A stretch of DNA of 64,000 bases from Octopus sinensis (taxonomy: Eukaryota), in assembly GCF_006345805.1 (NCBI RefSeq), contig NC_043001.1, forward strand, positions 12,772,001-12,836,000, written 5' to 3'. The notes under the pieces are model-generated. The model was not told the DNA's origin. It did no database searches and saw nothing but the letters and a program-made list of their open reading frames with translations. Of the stretch, positions 25,535 to 39,068 are shown one piece after another. Every line of letters starts with the position of its first letter. Within the stretch, counting starts at the first letter, position 1. The position numbers and the translations under genes were made by a program.

Positions 25535-26349
25535 ATGTGTGTGTATGTATGTGTGAGTGTGTGTGTATGTGTGTGTTTCTGTGTGTTTAGACTGTGTGTG
25601 TGAGTAACGTATGTGCTCATACAAAAATGTATTGATTAGATAGGGCAATATATAGCTTAATCAAATTTCATGGATGTGTTGGTATTTCTCTCTCTCTCTC
25701 TCTCTCTCTCTGTTTCTCTCTCTCTCTCAAATACACACACACATTCACACTCACACATTCTCAGTCGCTCACCCTCCCTTTTTAACACACATTCTCTCCC
25801 TCCCTCTCGTTCTCGCTCTCCCTCTCCATATACACATATATATGTAATCTAACCACACGTGGATTGTTGGGTATTTTCCCACACTTTTCCCTCTTTCTCT
25901 TTACACTTTCGTCTTTCCGACGAAGTCCTATGCTCGAAACGTTAACAACTGCCTCCACTGAGCGTGAAATTAATACATTGTTGGTGCATGGCCTCACGTT
26001 GTTTTTTTTATTTCTTTGATCTTTGAATTAACTGGGCCACTGCATCGAACACTTTGAACATATACTTCAAACTATATATGAACTATACATGAACTATATA
26101 TCAACTATACATGAACTCTAAGATGTCTGACTCCGTTGTGTATTATAAATGAATTTCTTGTGTTTGACGGCATGAGCTGTCTCTTTTTATATATAAATTT
26201 TTTTGATAAGGTTCATTTCAGGAACTGAAACATGTTATAATGTATATATAAAAATAAAAAATTGTATAATACAGCAGCATTTTCGAACTTCATTTTTTAC
26301 AAATATATACCTACTCGTATACGAGCTAATCCTATTATAAATATATATA

Positions 26350-26388
<39 letters not shown>

Positions 26389-26420
26389 CACACACACACC
26401 ACACACACACACACACACAC

Positions 26421-26482
<62 letters not shown>

Positions 26483-27847
26483 CAAAGGGTAATTTGAAAT
26501 ATTAGAAATTTCCATTACAGTGGCCTAACGTGTAAAAATTTAGTCAATAGACTATATATAATACAGTTCATGGCCACCTCATATCTGTTTAAATGTACAC
26601 TGTATATATATATATATATATTATATATTAGTGCAGCAGCTTGCACCATGTTATCTCGTTCAGTAAAACTTTTTATTTCACAATGGTCCAGTCTACCGTG
26701 TTGAGAGAAATGAGTAATAACTGAATTTCAAAGGACTAGCCTCGTCATATTCTGTGTCAGCTAACTCGCTCTTAGAACTACGTTAAGGGTACATTTGTCT
26801 GTGGAGCGCTCAGCCACATGTATGCTAATAATACAGAGGAATTTCTATAAAATCACTTAATTATCTGCAATGGTGACATGTCAATATTTATCATGGCAAA
26901 GACATTAATAACTTTATCGGTTTTTCCAAATTTTGGCAGAACGCCGACACGTTATGGTGGAGGCGGTAAATCGATTTTATCGACGCCAATACTTGACTGT
27001 TACTTTGCTGGGGTTTTTTTACACAGAAAGTCTGAAAGGCATGTTTGAATTAGAAGGAGGATTGGAGTCGATTAATAATTATTTTATCGACCTCGGAAGG
27101 ACAAAAGTCGAACTGGAGCGTAAAGACGGACGAAATGAAAGACCAATTCAGCTATTAAAGGGGACGAAATACTGCTAAGCATTATGCTCAGTGTGCTTAC
27201 AAATCTGCTACCTTGCTGTCTTTTTCTAAGTAATCTAAGTTTGATGTCGGCATTGTTAAGCTATTACGAAGCGATTTTAACTTTTTGATTTGGAAAAAGC
27301 AAATTTTATTCCCGTTGTAATTTCATTATCTTTCAATGCTATGACTGACATTAAATATTCTAAATTTGGTGTTTATCATAATGTCGATATCAATTCAATA
27401 ACCCAACATGATTCAACATCAATTTTATGGAACATATTTGAGAAAATATAGCATCTAAATTACCAGAATATTAACATTGTGAAATATTTACGAATATGTC
27501 ATATGCTGGTAATGAAACGTCGTTGAATATTTAATAATCACCTTCAGTATTAAAACATCAATATTACTGCTGTTTTTTAAATAAGTTGCAGAGCTTGCAA
27601 AACTACATATGATTCTAGCCCATAGAAATTTATTTAGCGTCGATCAGAGCGCTAAAGGCAATGATTGCTATTGTGGTTATAAGAATAAGTGAATCCTAAA
27701 TATAAGTATGAAAATAGGAAATGTGATTTTAGGGTATTTTAGTGATATATTTTCTTAAGTAATAACGTCGAAGTTAGTTTCAATGCATAGAACCTAACTA
27801 TAAACCGAAAATTTTATAATGTAGAATAATATGTAACGTTTATTGTA

Positions 27848-28055
27848 GACGGTGAGCTGGCAAATTAGTTATTGCTTTGAGGCATGTCTTCCGTCTTTAC
27901 TTTTTGACTTCAAATTCTTTCGAGGTCTACTTTACCTTCATCGTTCGGGTCGATAAAAAAATCGCCAGCTAAGCACTGGTGTCGATGTAATCGATTTACC
28001 TACATCCGCCGAAGTTGGATGTCTTGTGCCAAAATTTGAAACCAATAGCGTAAGT
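27848..28055 (+). mobile_element. Degenerate SINE family C
   Basis: GGTGAGCTGGCA head, CGAGGTCTACTTTACCTTCATCGTTCGGGTCGATAAA core. Confidence 0.7.
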
Positions 28056-28286
28056 CTTTCTATAGTAAAATCGAGCAATGTAGTAGAGTTAGGAAGGTCG
28101 CAAAAGGAGAATGTAAATGTGTGTTTCGATTATTTATTAAATTCTACTCGAGACATAAGGCAATTAATCTTCCAGGCATATACATAAAAGTACAGGCAAT
28201 ATAGTACAGTGCTACTGGTTATTATCGAGGAAATGATACATAAATTGTTCAGTGAATTACTCAGCTACATGCATTAATAAAACATC

Positions 28287-29025
28287 GGTTCTTCAGCATT
28301 TGATGGACAGATTTAAAAAATAATTTTTTGTAACTAAACACTTTCAAACTTCGTATACTGACAGAATGTGTCATATAAAACACCTTTTAATCTTAGCCTT
28401 TTTGAGAAAACTTTATATTTACGAAGTTATTTCGTGTTAAAGTTGTCGTATTTCGGTAATTTCAACCAATCAATGACGTGTATTCAACTGAATAATATTA
28501 CTTCTCTTGTTTGTCAACAACAATTTCTGGCGGTGCATATTTCGTTTGTCACTGTTATTTATGACCTATTCCATCTCAGTTATGTTTCTATGAACGAGTG
28601 TATCTAAAGCATGTTTACTTCATGGTGTCACCACAATCGTTCGTGCATTTCTACTGCTTTTAGTTTTTTTCCTGTTTTTAGCTACTATTTTCGGAAAGAA
28701 TTTTTTGCTCCCACTTACTCCCCAGTTTTCCTTTTTTCCGTAACTCTAACCCTAAAACCCTAACCCCTTAAAGCTACACACCGCCAATAGTTGATGTTGA
28801 CAAACGGCAGTAATTTTATTCAGCTGAATCAACACATCATTGATTGGTTGAAATTACCGAAATACGACAAATTTAACACGAAATAACTTCGTAAATATAA
28901 AGTTTTCACAAAAACGCTATGATTAAAAGATGTTTTATATGACACATTCTACCAGTATACGACGTTTGAAAGTGTTTAGTTACGAAAAATTATTTTCTAA
29001 ATCGTCCGGTCAAAAGGTAAAATCC
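28287..29025. mobile_element. Fold-back non-autonomous DNA transposon with about 235-bp inverted arms
   Basis: About 28305-28540 is the reverse complement of about 28770-29008; internal (TAACCC)-like repeats at 28741-28767. Confidence 0.85.
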
Positions 29026-29402
29026 AAAATATCTAACAATGTGTACCATTTTGTTAGGAAATGGAATTACGCTGAGCATTGAACTCTGACTACCTTTTAA
29101 GAGTTTGTAGAGCCTTGGTTCCTGTACGTACTCATAGGAAATCATTACGGGAATGTGTTACTTTAAATTGACCCAGATAAAATCTCTGGAATGTTTTTTT
29201 TTTAAGGAGAGAGCGCGGAAGGCCATCTAAAGTCCTTATTTGACCGCCATAAGTTCTCTTCTGCTTTTAGCAAAATTATGCTGACCATGACAGGTTAAGT
29301 ATTGTGCGGTGTTTAGCAAACAGGCATTCAAGGTATAGCTTACTAATACATTCCCTCGACCTCGAAAATCAAGAAAAGTATCATGGATAAGACAAATAAA
29401 TC

Positions 29403-29597
29403 CAGTTCTTTATTTAAGAGATGAGAAATTGTGTACGTTATTTAAATTAATTACATTTGACAGATATTTGTCCTCATCTTGTTTGTTGTTAACACAAAAT
29501 TTCGGCTGATATACCCTCCAGCCTTCATCAGGTATCTTGGGGACATTTCCCACCTGGGTTCCCATTCTTAAGGCATTTTTCGATGTTATTATTATTA

Positions 29598-29648
<51 letters not shown>

Positions 29649-29660
29649 TATTATTATTAC

Positions 29661-29711
<51 letters not shown>

Positions 29712-29728
29712 TTTTATTACCATTATTG

Positions 29729-29769
<41 letters not shown>

Positions 29770-29771
29770 AT

Positions 29772-29790
<19 letters not shown>
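29403..29790 (-). mobile_element. Family F tail plus expanded (AAT)n linker, no head
   Basis: Hammerhead region 29491-29536 with stem III mutated. Confidence 0.85.
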
Positions 29791-29810
<20 letters not shown>

Positions 29811-30654
29811 CAGTATTAGAAGCAGCAGTATAATTGCCTTTCCACAGCTTCTAACATATCTCATTAGACTTACGAAGATTTGTACATTTAGGAATGGTAA
29901 TAAAATTAATCAATATTAAAAGAATCGCAAAAAAACATCTGATTATTAGAAAAAAACACAAATAAATTTATCAAAAAAATAAGAACAAAAGAGGTAAATA
30001 TACGGAGTTATCAGAGCGCCAAATCAAATCCTCCTTTCCCCTACGCACCAAAAACCAAGTCTCTAATTGGAATTTTCTTTCTAATTACCAATATCGAGAA
30101 CACCTACCTTCTTCCATCAGGTTATTCTACAAACTGTCCAGTGTAGCAGATTGTTCTAAAAATATTTAGCATTTCCCCTAATTTATGCATGCACTACTGC
30201 CGTCTTATATTCCATCGAATATATTTACCATTATAGTTCTGTAGCTATTTAATATAAAGATTCTCACCGAAAAGAGAAGCAAATACCAGTCTCTGAAACA
30301 CAGTCGCTAAAGACGCTAATACTTCGAGTAGGTAATTCGGCAACGGAAATTCAATTGTAAACAACTTCGAAACCGACGTTTTTCTATAATTTCTAGGTAT
30401 TAATCGAGGTTAAAAAGTTTTGAATGTTTTTCCATCTGAATTGTTATAATAAAGTAAAGTTATTCATTTCTCGTGGGGCGTTGTAAGTAGTCGATTGCTT
30501 ATTTCTAAATTTTCATATTGATATTCATGTAGCTTTGAACAAGTTCCGTTTTCTGTATAGTTTTGTGGACCTTAATATATATGGAGTAAATTATTTTTCC
30601 GACTCTGTTTTTGTAATGAGATCTCGAATATCATTTTTGCGAACTTTCTTGTCT

Positions 30655-30905
30655 TTATTTACATTTAACGGATATTTGTCCTCCTTTTTTTTTTTTTGTT
30701 GTTAACACAGCGTTTCGGCTGATATACCCTCCAGCCTTCATGAGATGTCTTGGGAAATTTTAGAATCTGGGTATATGTCGTAGTGGTTAAGAGCATGGAC
30801 TAGTAACCCCAAGATACCGAGTTCAGTTCCAGGCAGTGACCTGAAAATATTAAAAAGAAAAAAAGAAAAAAAAAAAGAATAATAATAATAATGATAATAA
30901 TAATA
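30655..30905. mobile_element. Family F inverted composite: minus tail, then plus tRNA-like head
   Basis: Junction at about 30772; same break region as the 17124 locus. Confidence 0.82.
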
Positions 30906-32377
30906 TCTGATTAGATATTTTATGCACGTTACTTAGAATTTTCCAGCATTAAACAGTATGTTATTGCCTTTATCCCACTTTCATTTTCCCGCTCAACTCC
31001 CGTTACATGCGCTCAGTTTCTCCAGGTTTCTGTCTCCGAGAAACCTTTGTATATACTTAATAGCTTACAAGGTGATTCTCTGAGCATTTGAATTCGTGTC
31101 TGAGGGCGCCACAATGAATGGCAGCGGCCCTAAGACTGTGCCAAATATGCTGAGGTCACGTAAATTGTCATAGATGATATGAGAGTAGGGTTTATATACC
31201 TTGGCTGGCAAAAACATAACATCAACTTTCATGGTCTCACAATATATGTAAAATTGGAAAATGCCTACATATACAACATTAGATACACACACATACACAC
31301 ACACCTATTTATATATATATGAGTATGGGCGTGTAAGCGTGTGTATGCGCATATATGTCGTTGCTATTATGTTAAACTGTCATATGTCCAAATTTGACCA
31401 AATGCATTTTTTCAATATTTTTTTTTGCTTGCAATTGACGGTTCTTCTGGTCAATCTGTCATACCTCCAACTACTTCAGATACCAGGATATCAAATATTG
31501 TCTAAGTGTAGAGCAATGATTTTTGCTATGGAATGATAGAACTATTTTTACGTTTTCTGAAAAACAGGAACGTTTTGGACTTACGACACTTCTGCATAAT
31601 GGCAACGACATGTATTTAATAAGAAACGCGGATATGTGCGTTTGTATTAGAGACCACGCCATGAAATTCATCATATCGCACCAGTATTCTCATAGTCACG
31701 AAGTCTCAAAGACACTCAAGCACACGTCATCACACTTCAGTATATATAGAAATCTATATGTATCTTTTACGCGTGCGTACCTTACGCATATGTGTGTGTG
31801 TAATACATGTTTCATAATGCACATTGAGGAAATATGCAGACAACAGAATATAAACATATTATTCCTAACACTAATGGTGAAAAATATAGCAAATTTTATA
31901 AGATTTCCTACATTAGGTGTTATTCGATTAAATGAAGCATGTGCTGTATCCCTTAACTAAATCGAATTAGTACATGCTTCAGGATTCTATGGACGTACTA
32001 AATATAATTTAGTTGCATATCAGAAAATCACAAGTCGATATTGATTTTAACGCAATTTGTGTATATTACAGAGATAGATGAGTCGTAATGAATATAAGAA
32101 ACGTACATTCACACATACACACAGATACGCACCCAAATAGAGACATTCAGACACACACAGACACACACACACATATACGTATATAAATATATAAAACCTG
32201 ATCAGAAAATATTGCAACGTATCTCAATTTATACATTGTATATCCATTGTATATACTTGTAAAGTATAGCGGAACTCAAGTATGAATGAGTGTAGGATTA
32301 AACACAAATGCACTCATCCTCTAAGTCCCCCCACACACTTACATATACACTTATCTATATCTATAAAGATATTATAT

Positions 32378-32420
<43 letters not shown>

Positions 32421-32433
32421 TTTTGTGTGTGCA

Positions 32434-32489
<56 letters not shown>

Positions 32490-32998
32490 TGTTTGTGTAT
32501 GTGTGTGTATATCTAAATTTAAAGTATATGTGGATGGATGGCTCTGTATGCCTGTGTGTGTATATATATGTATGTGAGGGCGAATAGATGTGTATATGTG
32601 TTTGTATGTATACATATATGAATGTGTGCATGAAGGAGTGGCTGGGTGGATGGACGTGTATATTGTGTGAGTAAGCGTGGGCTGTGTGTGTGTACATTCC
32701 ATTAGTCATTATAATGTTTCGGTTAACATTCTCTCTGCCTTGCATATGGCATGACGTCATTGCACCATTTCAATTAAAGCACGTTACATATTCGTCGTTC
32801 ATTTATATCTTGCCCATCTTAGCTGTCAGCAAATGGAGGTGTATCTGAACGTACTGGTTCTAAGGCATGTGGCTAACCTCGGAACGCTATCAGCTAACGT
32901 CGTTTTTTTTTATGATTTGTACGTCGTCTCCCATGTGTTTTATTCGATTTTCTATTACAATATTGAACTTTAGTTTTTATTTCTAGGTAAATATTTAA

Positions 32999-33808
32999 AC
33001 CGATGTAAAGTCGGATAAATCTACAGAAGTTCAAAGTTATATCTTTAAGAATATGACGTATAGTCAAAAGCTAATAGCGTCAAAGCATAACTTTCTCATT
33101 TGCGATCTAATTGTGTCTTTAATCCTAAGGTTATTTGAATTAAATTCCTCTTCTATATAACTTTCGGGGTCGATAAATTAAGTACCAGTTACGCACTTGA
33201 GTCTATGTAATCGACTTAATCCGTTTGTCTGTCCTTGTTTGTCCCCTATATGTTTAGCCCCTTGTGGGTAGTAAAAAAATAGGCATTTCGTCTGCCGTTA
33301 TGTTCTGAATTCAAACGAAAGTATGAAAGGCAAAGTCGACCTCGGCGGAATTTGAACTCAGAACCTAGCGGCAGACGATATAACTATTTCTTTACTACCC
33401 ACAAGGGGCTAAACACAGAGAGGACAAACAAGCACAGGCAAATGGATTAAGTCGATTACGTCGACCGCAGTGCATGAATGGTGCTTCATTTATCGACCCC
33501 GAAAGGATGAAAGGCAAAGTTGAGCTAAGCGGAATTTGAACTCAGAACGTACCGGCAGATGAAATACTGCTAAGCATTTCGTCCGGCGTGCTAACGATTC
33601 TACCAGCTCACCGCCTTACAATCGGAGGTAGATTTACTGGTATTACCGATGTAAAGTCGGATAAATCTACAGAAGTTCAAAGTTATATCTTTAAGAATAT
33701 GACGTATAGTCAAAAGCTAATAGCGTCAAAGCATAACTTTCTCATTTGCGATCTAATTGTGTCTTTAATCCTAAGGTTATTTGAATTAAATTCCTCTTCT
33801 ATATAACT
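32999..33808. repeat. Identical 164-bp direct repeat flanking a partly inverted family C cluster
   Basis: 32999-33162 equals 33645-33808. Confidence 0.92.
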
Positions 33809-34150
33809 GTGAAGTGCTTATGTTTACTGTGTTGCTAATGAAAAGAAATCAAGGATATATATATATATAAAAATAGAATGAGAGAGAGAGAGAGAGAGAG
33901 GGGGAGAAAGAGCGTAAATTTATTGCGATGTTCATCCTGGAGTTTACCCTATTTCGGCCATCTACCAGTACAGACTATCATATAGCGAGTAACCTGCTTG
34001 TTGAAAGACAAATATGCCTGAAAGTGCCAGTAGAATGCATTAATGCGATAAACAAGAAGAATGGTGCTTTTATTACATCAAATTACGATACTTCGTCAGA
34101 ATTCCATGTCATGAATTTTATTATATTGTGCAATAGAATAGACTACTATT

Positions 34151-34354
34151 AGGCAGCGAGCTGGCAGAGACGTTAGCACCCAGGGCGAAATGCTTAACAG
34201 TATTTTGTCTGCCGCTACGTTCTGGGTTCAAATTCCGCCGAGGCCGACTCCATTTGGAGTTGATAAATTAAGTACAGTTGCTTACTGGAGTCGATCTAAT
34301 CGATTATCCTCCTCCCCAAAATGTTCAGGCCTTGTATCTAGAGTACAAAACAAT
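34151..34354 (+). mobile_element. SINE family C, short-tail variant
   Basis: GGCAGCGAGCTGGCAGAGACGTTAGCAC head; GGGTTCAAATTCC. Confidence 0.82.
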
Positions 34355-34419
34355 AATTTATACAACTATTAGACCGCGAGCTGGCAAAAACGCGAGCACG
34401 CCGCGCGAAATGCTTCGAG

Positions 34420-34508
34420 GACACAACACACTACTCGGTCCCTAATTTGAACTCACTTCTTCATGATTTTGTGCACGACAGTCTAACAACTGAGCCAAGC
34501 ACCTTCAC
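34420..34508 (-). mobile_element. Isolated family D-like tRNA-derived SINE head
   Basis: GTGAAGGTGCTTGGCTCAGTTGTTAGA...GAGTTCAAATT. Confidence 0.6.
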
Positions 34509-34840
34509 CACCATTCAAACGATTGTTTTCGTATTTACATTATCACATCTACTCTGATTTCTAGCGTATTATTACCGAAGTTTTTTCTTCTTAGATATAT
34601 TTGGAGAAAGAGAGAAATATGTTACGTTAGAATGTCTTTATTTATGAAGTGTTCACGGAGGGTTAATAATATAATATCCAGACAAGAATAGAATATATAC
34701 TCGTTATATATACTCGTTACTTATTCACGAGGATTATTCATCACTGTCATAACAACAGGAATATTCTAGTATTTTCTATCTGTGTCTGGCTTTAGTTTAG
34801 TTATTTTACGACCCCCATGCATTCAAAGCCTTCCCAATAT

Positions 34841-35519
34841 AGTTCTATATTTAAGAGATGAGGAATTATGTATATTATTTACATTTATTTTATTTATTTT
34901 ATTTCATTTTATTTTATTTTATCTAGTTTCAGCTCACGAGCTGTGGCCATGCTGGGGCACTGCCATTTGGTGTTGCTCCATGATTTTACTTCACGAATGC
35001 TTTTTAGCAACAGCCATTTGGTGCATGAGAGAGTTCGATGCAGCTGCCCTCATCTGCACCTCCTGCCGTGAAGTTGGTTCATCCGGGACACACATTATTT
35101 ATATTTGACGGTTATTTCTTCTCATCTTGTTTGTTGTTAGCACAACTTTTCGACTGATATTATCTCCAGGCTTCATCAGGTGTTTGGGGGAAATTTCGAA
35201 ACTGTGTTCTCATTTCTAAGGTATTTTTCAATGTTACTATTATTATTATTATTATTATATTATTATTATTATTATTGAGGCCACTGCCTGGTATCGAACT
35301 CAGAATCTTGGGGTTAGTAGCCACGTGCTCTTAACCTTTACGCCATATGCCCATGGACGCATGACAATGATAATAATAATAATAATAATAATAATATAAT
35401 AATAATAATAATAATAACATCGAAAAATACATTAGGAAAGAGACCCCATGTTCGAAAGTTCTGCAAGACACGTGATGAAAGCTAGAGGGTATATCAGTCG
35501 AAACGTTGTTTTAAGTACA
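34841..35519. mobile_element. Family F inverted composite: full minus copy (to 35352), then headless plus copy
   Basis: Flanking TTCCCAATATAGT at 34831 and 35520. Confidence 0.9.
34885..35091 (-). mobile_element. Nested 5'-truncated retroposon sharing the family A-type tail
   Basis: Tail CCCAGCATGGCCACAGCTCGTGAGCTGAAACTAG(ATAAA)n; flanking ATTATTTA(C/T)ATTT duplication inside the F tail. Confidence 0.75.
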
Positions 35520-35586
35520 TTCCCAATATAGTATTTCATATTCGAAACCAGGATACGTATCTGCACTTTTAATATTTATAACAATT

Positions 35587-35805
35587 AAGGCGACGTGTTG
35601 GCAGAATCGTTACCATGTCAGCCGAAATGCTTCGTAATATTTCGCCTGTCTGTACGCTCTGAGTTCAAATTCCGCCGAGGCCTACTTTTCCTTTCATAAT
35701 TTCGGTGTCGATAAAATAAATACCAGCTGAGCATTGGGGGCCGATGTAATCGATTTACTCCCGTCCATGCAAAATGGTGCTCTTGAGCCAAAATTGGAAA
35801 TCAAT
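35587..35805 (+). mobile_element. SINE family C, short-tail variant
   Basis: Head and core homology. Confidence 0.8.
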
Positions 35806-35837
35806 ATTTATATCATTTGTGATCAGAGGTGGATTTA

Positions 35838-36441
35838 CTTATTTCTTTATTGCCCACCAGGGGCTGAACACAGAGGGGACAAACAAGGACAGACACACGG
35901 ATTAATTCGATTACATTGACCCCAGTGCGTAACTGGTACTTATTTAATTGACCCTGAAAGGATGAAAGAAAAGCTGACCTTGCCGGAGTTTGAATTCAGA
36001 ACATAACGGCAGACGATATAACTATTTCTTTACTACCCACAAGGGGCTAAACATAGAGGGGACAAACAAGGACAGACAAACGGATTAAGTCGATTGCATA
36101 GACTCAAGTGCGTAACTGGTACTTAATTTATCGACCCCGAAAGTATGAAAGGCAAAGTCGACCTCGGCGGAATTTGAACTCAGAACCTAGCGGCAGACGA
36201 TATAACTATTTCTTTACTACCCACAAGGGGCTAAACACAGAGCGGACAAACAAGTACAGGCAAATGGATTAAGTCGATTACGTCGACCGCAGTGCATGAA
36301 TGGTGCTTAATTTATCGACCCCGAAAGGATGAAAGGCAAAGTTGAGCTAAGCGGGATTTGAACTCAGAACGTACCGGCAGATGAAATACTGCTAGGCATT
36401 TCGCCCGGCGTGCTAAAGATTCTGCCAGCTCACCGCCTTAC
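35838..36441 (-). mobile_element. Head-to-tail trimer of SINE family C (about 183-bp period)
   Basis: One full copy followed by two headless units; junction GAAATAG|TTATATCGTCTGCCG. Confidence 0.9.
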
Positions 36442-37725
36442 TGTGGGAGGTAGATTTACTGATATTGCTGCCCACACCATTTTTCTCCGAGGTGACAGGT
36501 ACGCTGACAATGATAAAAGAAAAATGTAAATAAATACATAAATAAAACTGAATTGCCCACAAGGAACGCTGCCGGAGTGCTTATGAAATGTAAGGCTGAC
36601 ATGTGAAATGAGAATATCTAAGAGATAATCTATATTCGGATACCATAAAATGCAATTTCCCTATCAATCCACTGCATACATCTGTCACATAAAATATCCA
36701 TTATTTCTTATCTTAAAACCTCTTCAGTAACAAAACGGGTTTCTATTTACACCAATATAGTGCACTTTTAATCTTACGACAAGCTCTGCAATAATCCACA
36801 ATATACGGCAAGCCAGAGATATACTGTTTAATAAAACACTAATGAAATAATCGTATACATAAACATCCACGCCGGTCACATATTTATTTGCACATATTCA
36901 AATGCATTAACGGTGCACATGCGCCTACACAAACACAAACACACACACACACACAAGTGAGCAATTCTCTTATAATGTGGAAGATATGGAAATCAGTCAA
37001 TGGAAAAAGATTACGTTGCATTTATGTGATTGCACGAATTTCAAAGAAACGGAACCAAATTTTCTTCCAACTGTAATGAGCAAGCGAAAACCTCCAGGAT
37101 ATTTTGACCAATATAGTTCAATGTAAATGACAGTGAAGGGCAAAAAAACAAAACATTTCGATCAAAGGTTTGCTCACTTAGGAATGATCTGCGGATATTG
37201 AGGAGCAAGAGAAAAAAAAATTATAAAAAACCATTTTATCTAAGTGTCATAATCTAAAAAAACACTTTTCCCACAAACAAGCTATTCTTTGTAATCTCTC
37301 ACACATACAACACGCATTAAACACACACATGTAGACACAGATTCTCACATACATTCACGTATATAGATATATAAAAATGCTCGTGTTAAAGCAGATAAGT
37401 GCATCATAAAATATACACTTCCCTGTAGGAGAGTATAAGACGGAAATTGTAAACGGGGAAGGGAAGAATACCAACTAATATTTTTCTAATAGCTTATAAA
37501 AACATAAAAAAGTAACCGGTAATAAAGGTAATTAAAATACAGGCTGATCCATGTGTAGAATAGAGCAGGTTGTTTTATTGTGAGAGACAGGGGGTAATTT
37601 GCATCACAAAAAAATGAACCAGTTTCATTTTACACAGTGTGGCGACCATACTTGTGAGCAGGAGAATATATATACATATATATTCATACGTATATAATCA
37701 TATTATATCATACGTATATAATATA

Positions 37726-38070
37726 GTGAAGGCGCATGGCTCAGTGGTTAGAGCGTCGAGCTTACGATCGTGAAGTTGTGAGCTCGAATCCCGGACCGGG
37801 CTGCGTGTTGTTTTCTCGAGCAAGGCACTTTATTTCACGTTGCTCCAGTTCACTCAGCTGTAGAAATGAGTTGCGACGTCACAGGTGCCAAGCTGTATCG
37901 ACCTTTGTCTTTCCCTTGGATAACACTGGTGGCGTGGAGAGGGGAGGCCAGTATGCATGGGCGACTGCTGGTCTTCCATAAACAACCTTGCCCGGACTTG
38001 TGTCTAGGAGGGTAACTTTCTAGGTGCAATCCCATGGTCATTCATGACCGAAGGGGGTCTTTACCCCCTT
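37726..38070 (+). mobile_element. SINE family D, full length
   Basis: A box TGGCTCAGTGG, B box AGCTCGAATCC; TSD TATATAATATA. Confidence 0.92.
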
Positions 38071-38812
38071 TATATAATATACAAAACGTAGTCGTTAAAT
38101 TCCAATATATCATTGAGTCAATGCGATAGAAATCGCAGACATGTTTGAGAATTTCGGCTTATTTTCATTTTCCCGAAATTCAAAAATGGTGTCGGTTTAC
38201 TAGATCAGGGAGATGAACGGTAGACTCATTGCTGAAGCATATGCTTTCCAAGTGCTAACCATTACCGTATAGGTTATTATTATTATTATTATTATTATAA
38301 TTATAGGTATATAATCTACAAAACGTAGTCGTTAAATTCCAATATATTATTGATTCAATGCAATAGAAATCGCAGATATGGTATCGGATAAATTTTAAAT
38401 GAGGAATATTCAAAACAGAATATTTGGAAGAATATAACAGAAATATATAACGAAAGATATATCAAAATCACCCCAGATGAAGAATCTTCTGGTACATTAT
38501 TGAACATAATTAACTCAATGAGCGCAATATTTGTCCTCATCGTTGTGGCCAGGGGGTCATTTCCGAGTATTCAGTGCATTTTATTCCGGCACTAGGGACG
38601 GTTGTTGCAGAGAATGGTGGTCTATCTGGTGGCTAATAAATCCATTTCTATCTCTAAACAACCTATTGTGAAAACTGGATTGGATTTTAAATTCTGTTTG
38701 GGGCTGGGTTGCACTATTATTTCTACGGAAAAACAATACCTGTCAAAGGTTTTCATGTCGCAGGTTCGGATGACCTCTACTCACTCTACTACACTACTAC
38801 TCTGTTCTATAA

Positions 38813-39068
38813 TCGATATAATCGACTTAATCTATTTGTCTGTCCTTGTTTGTCCCCTCTGTGTTTAGCCCCTTGTGCGAAGTAAAGAAATGGGTATTTC
38901 GTATGCCGTCACGTTCTGAGTTCAAATTCCGCCGAGGTCGACTTTGCCTTTCATCCTTTCGGGGTCGATTAAATAAGTACCAGTTACGCACTGGGGCCGA
39001 TATAATCGACTTAATCCGCTTGGCTGTCCTTGTTTGTCCCCTCTTTGGGTAGCTCCCTGTGGGCAGTA
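38813..39068 (+). mobile_element. SINE family C partial tandem (about 1.4 units)
   Basis: Junction GTAAAGAAATGG|GTATTTCGTATGCCG. Confidence 0.85.

Noticed and set aside
28741-28767. Telomere-like TAACCC repeats
   Set aside because: Only about 3 degenerate units inside a fold-back element; not an interstitial telomere.
35838-36441. Regular repeats superficially like a CRISPR array
   Set aside because: Whole 183-bp units repeat with no unique spacers; eukaryotic SINE context, no cas genes.
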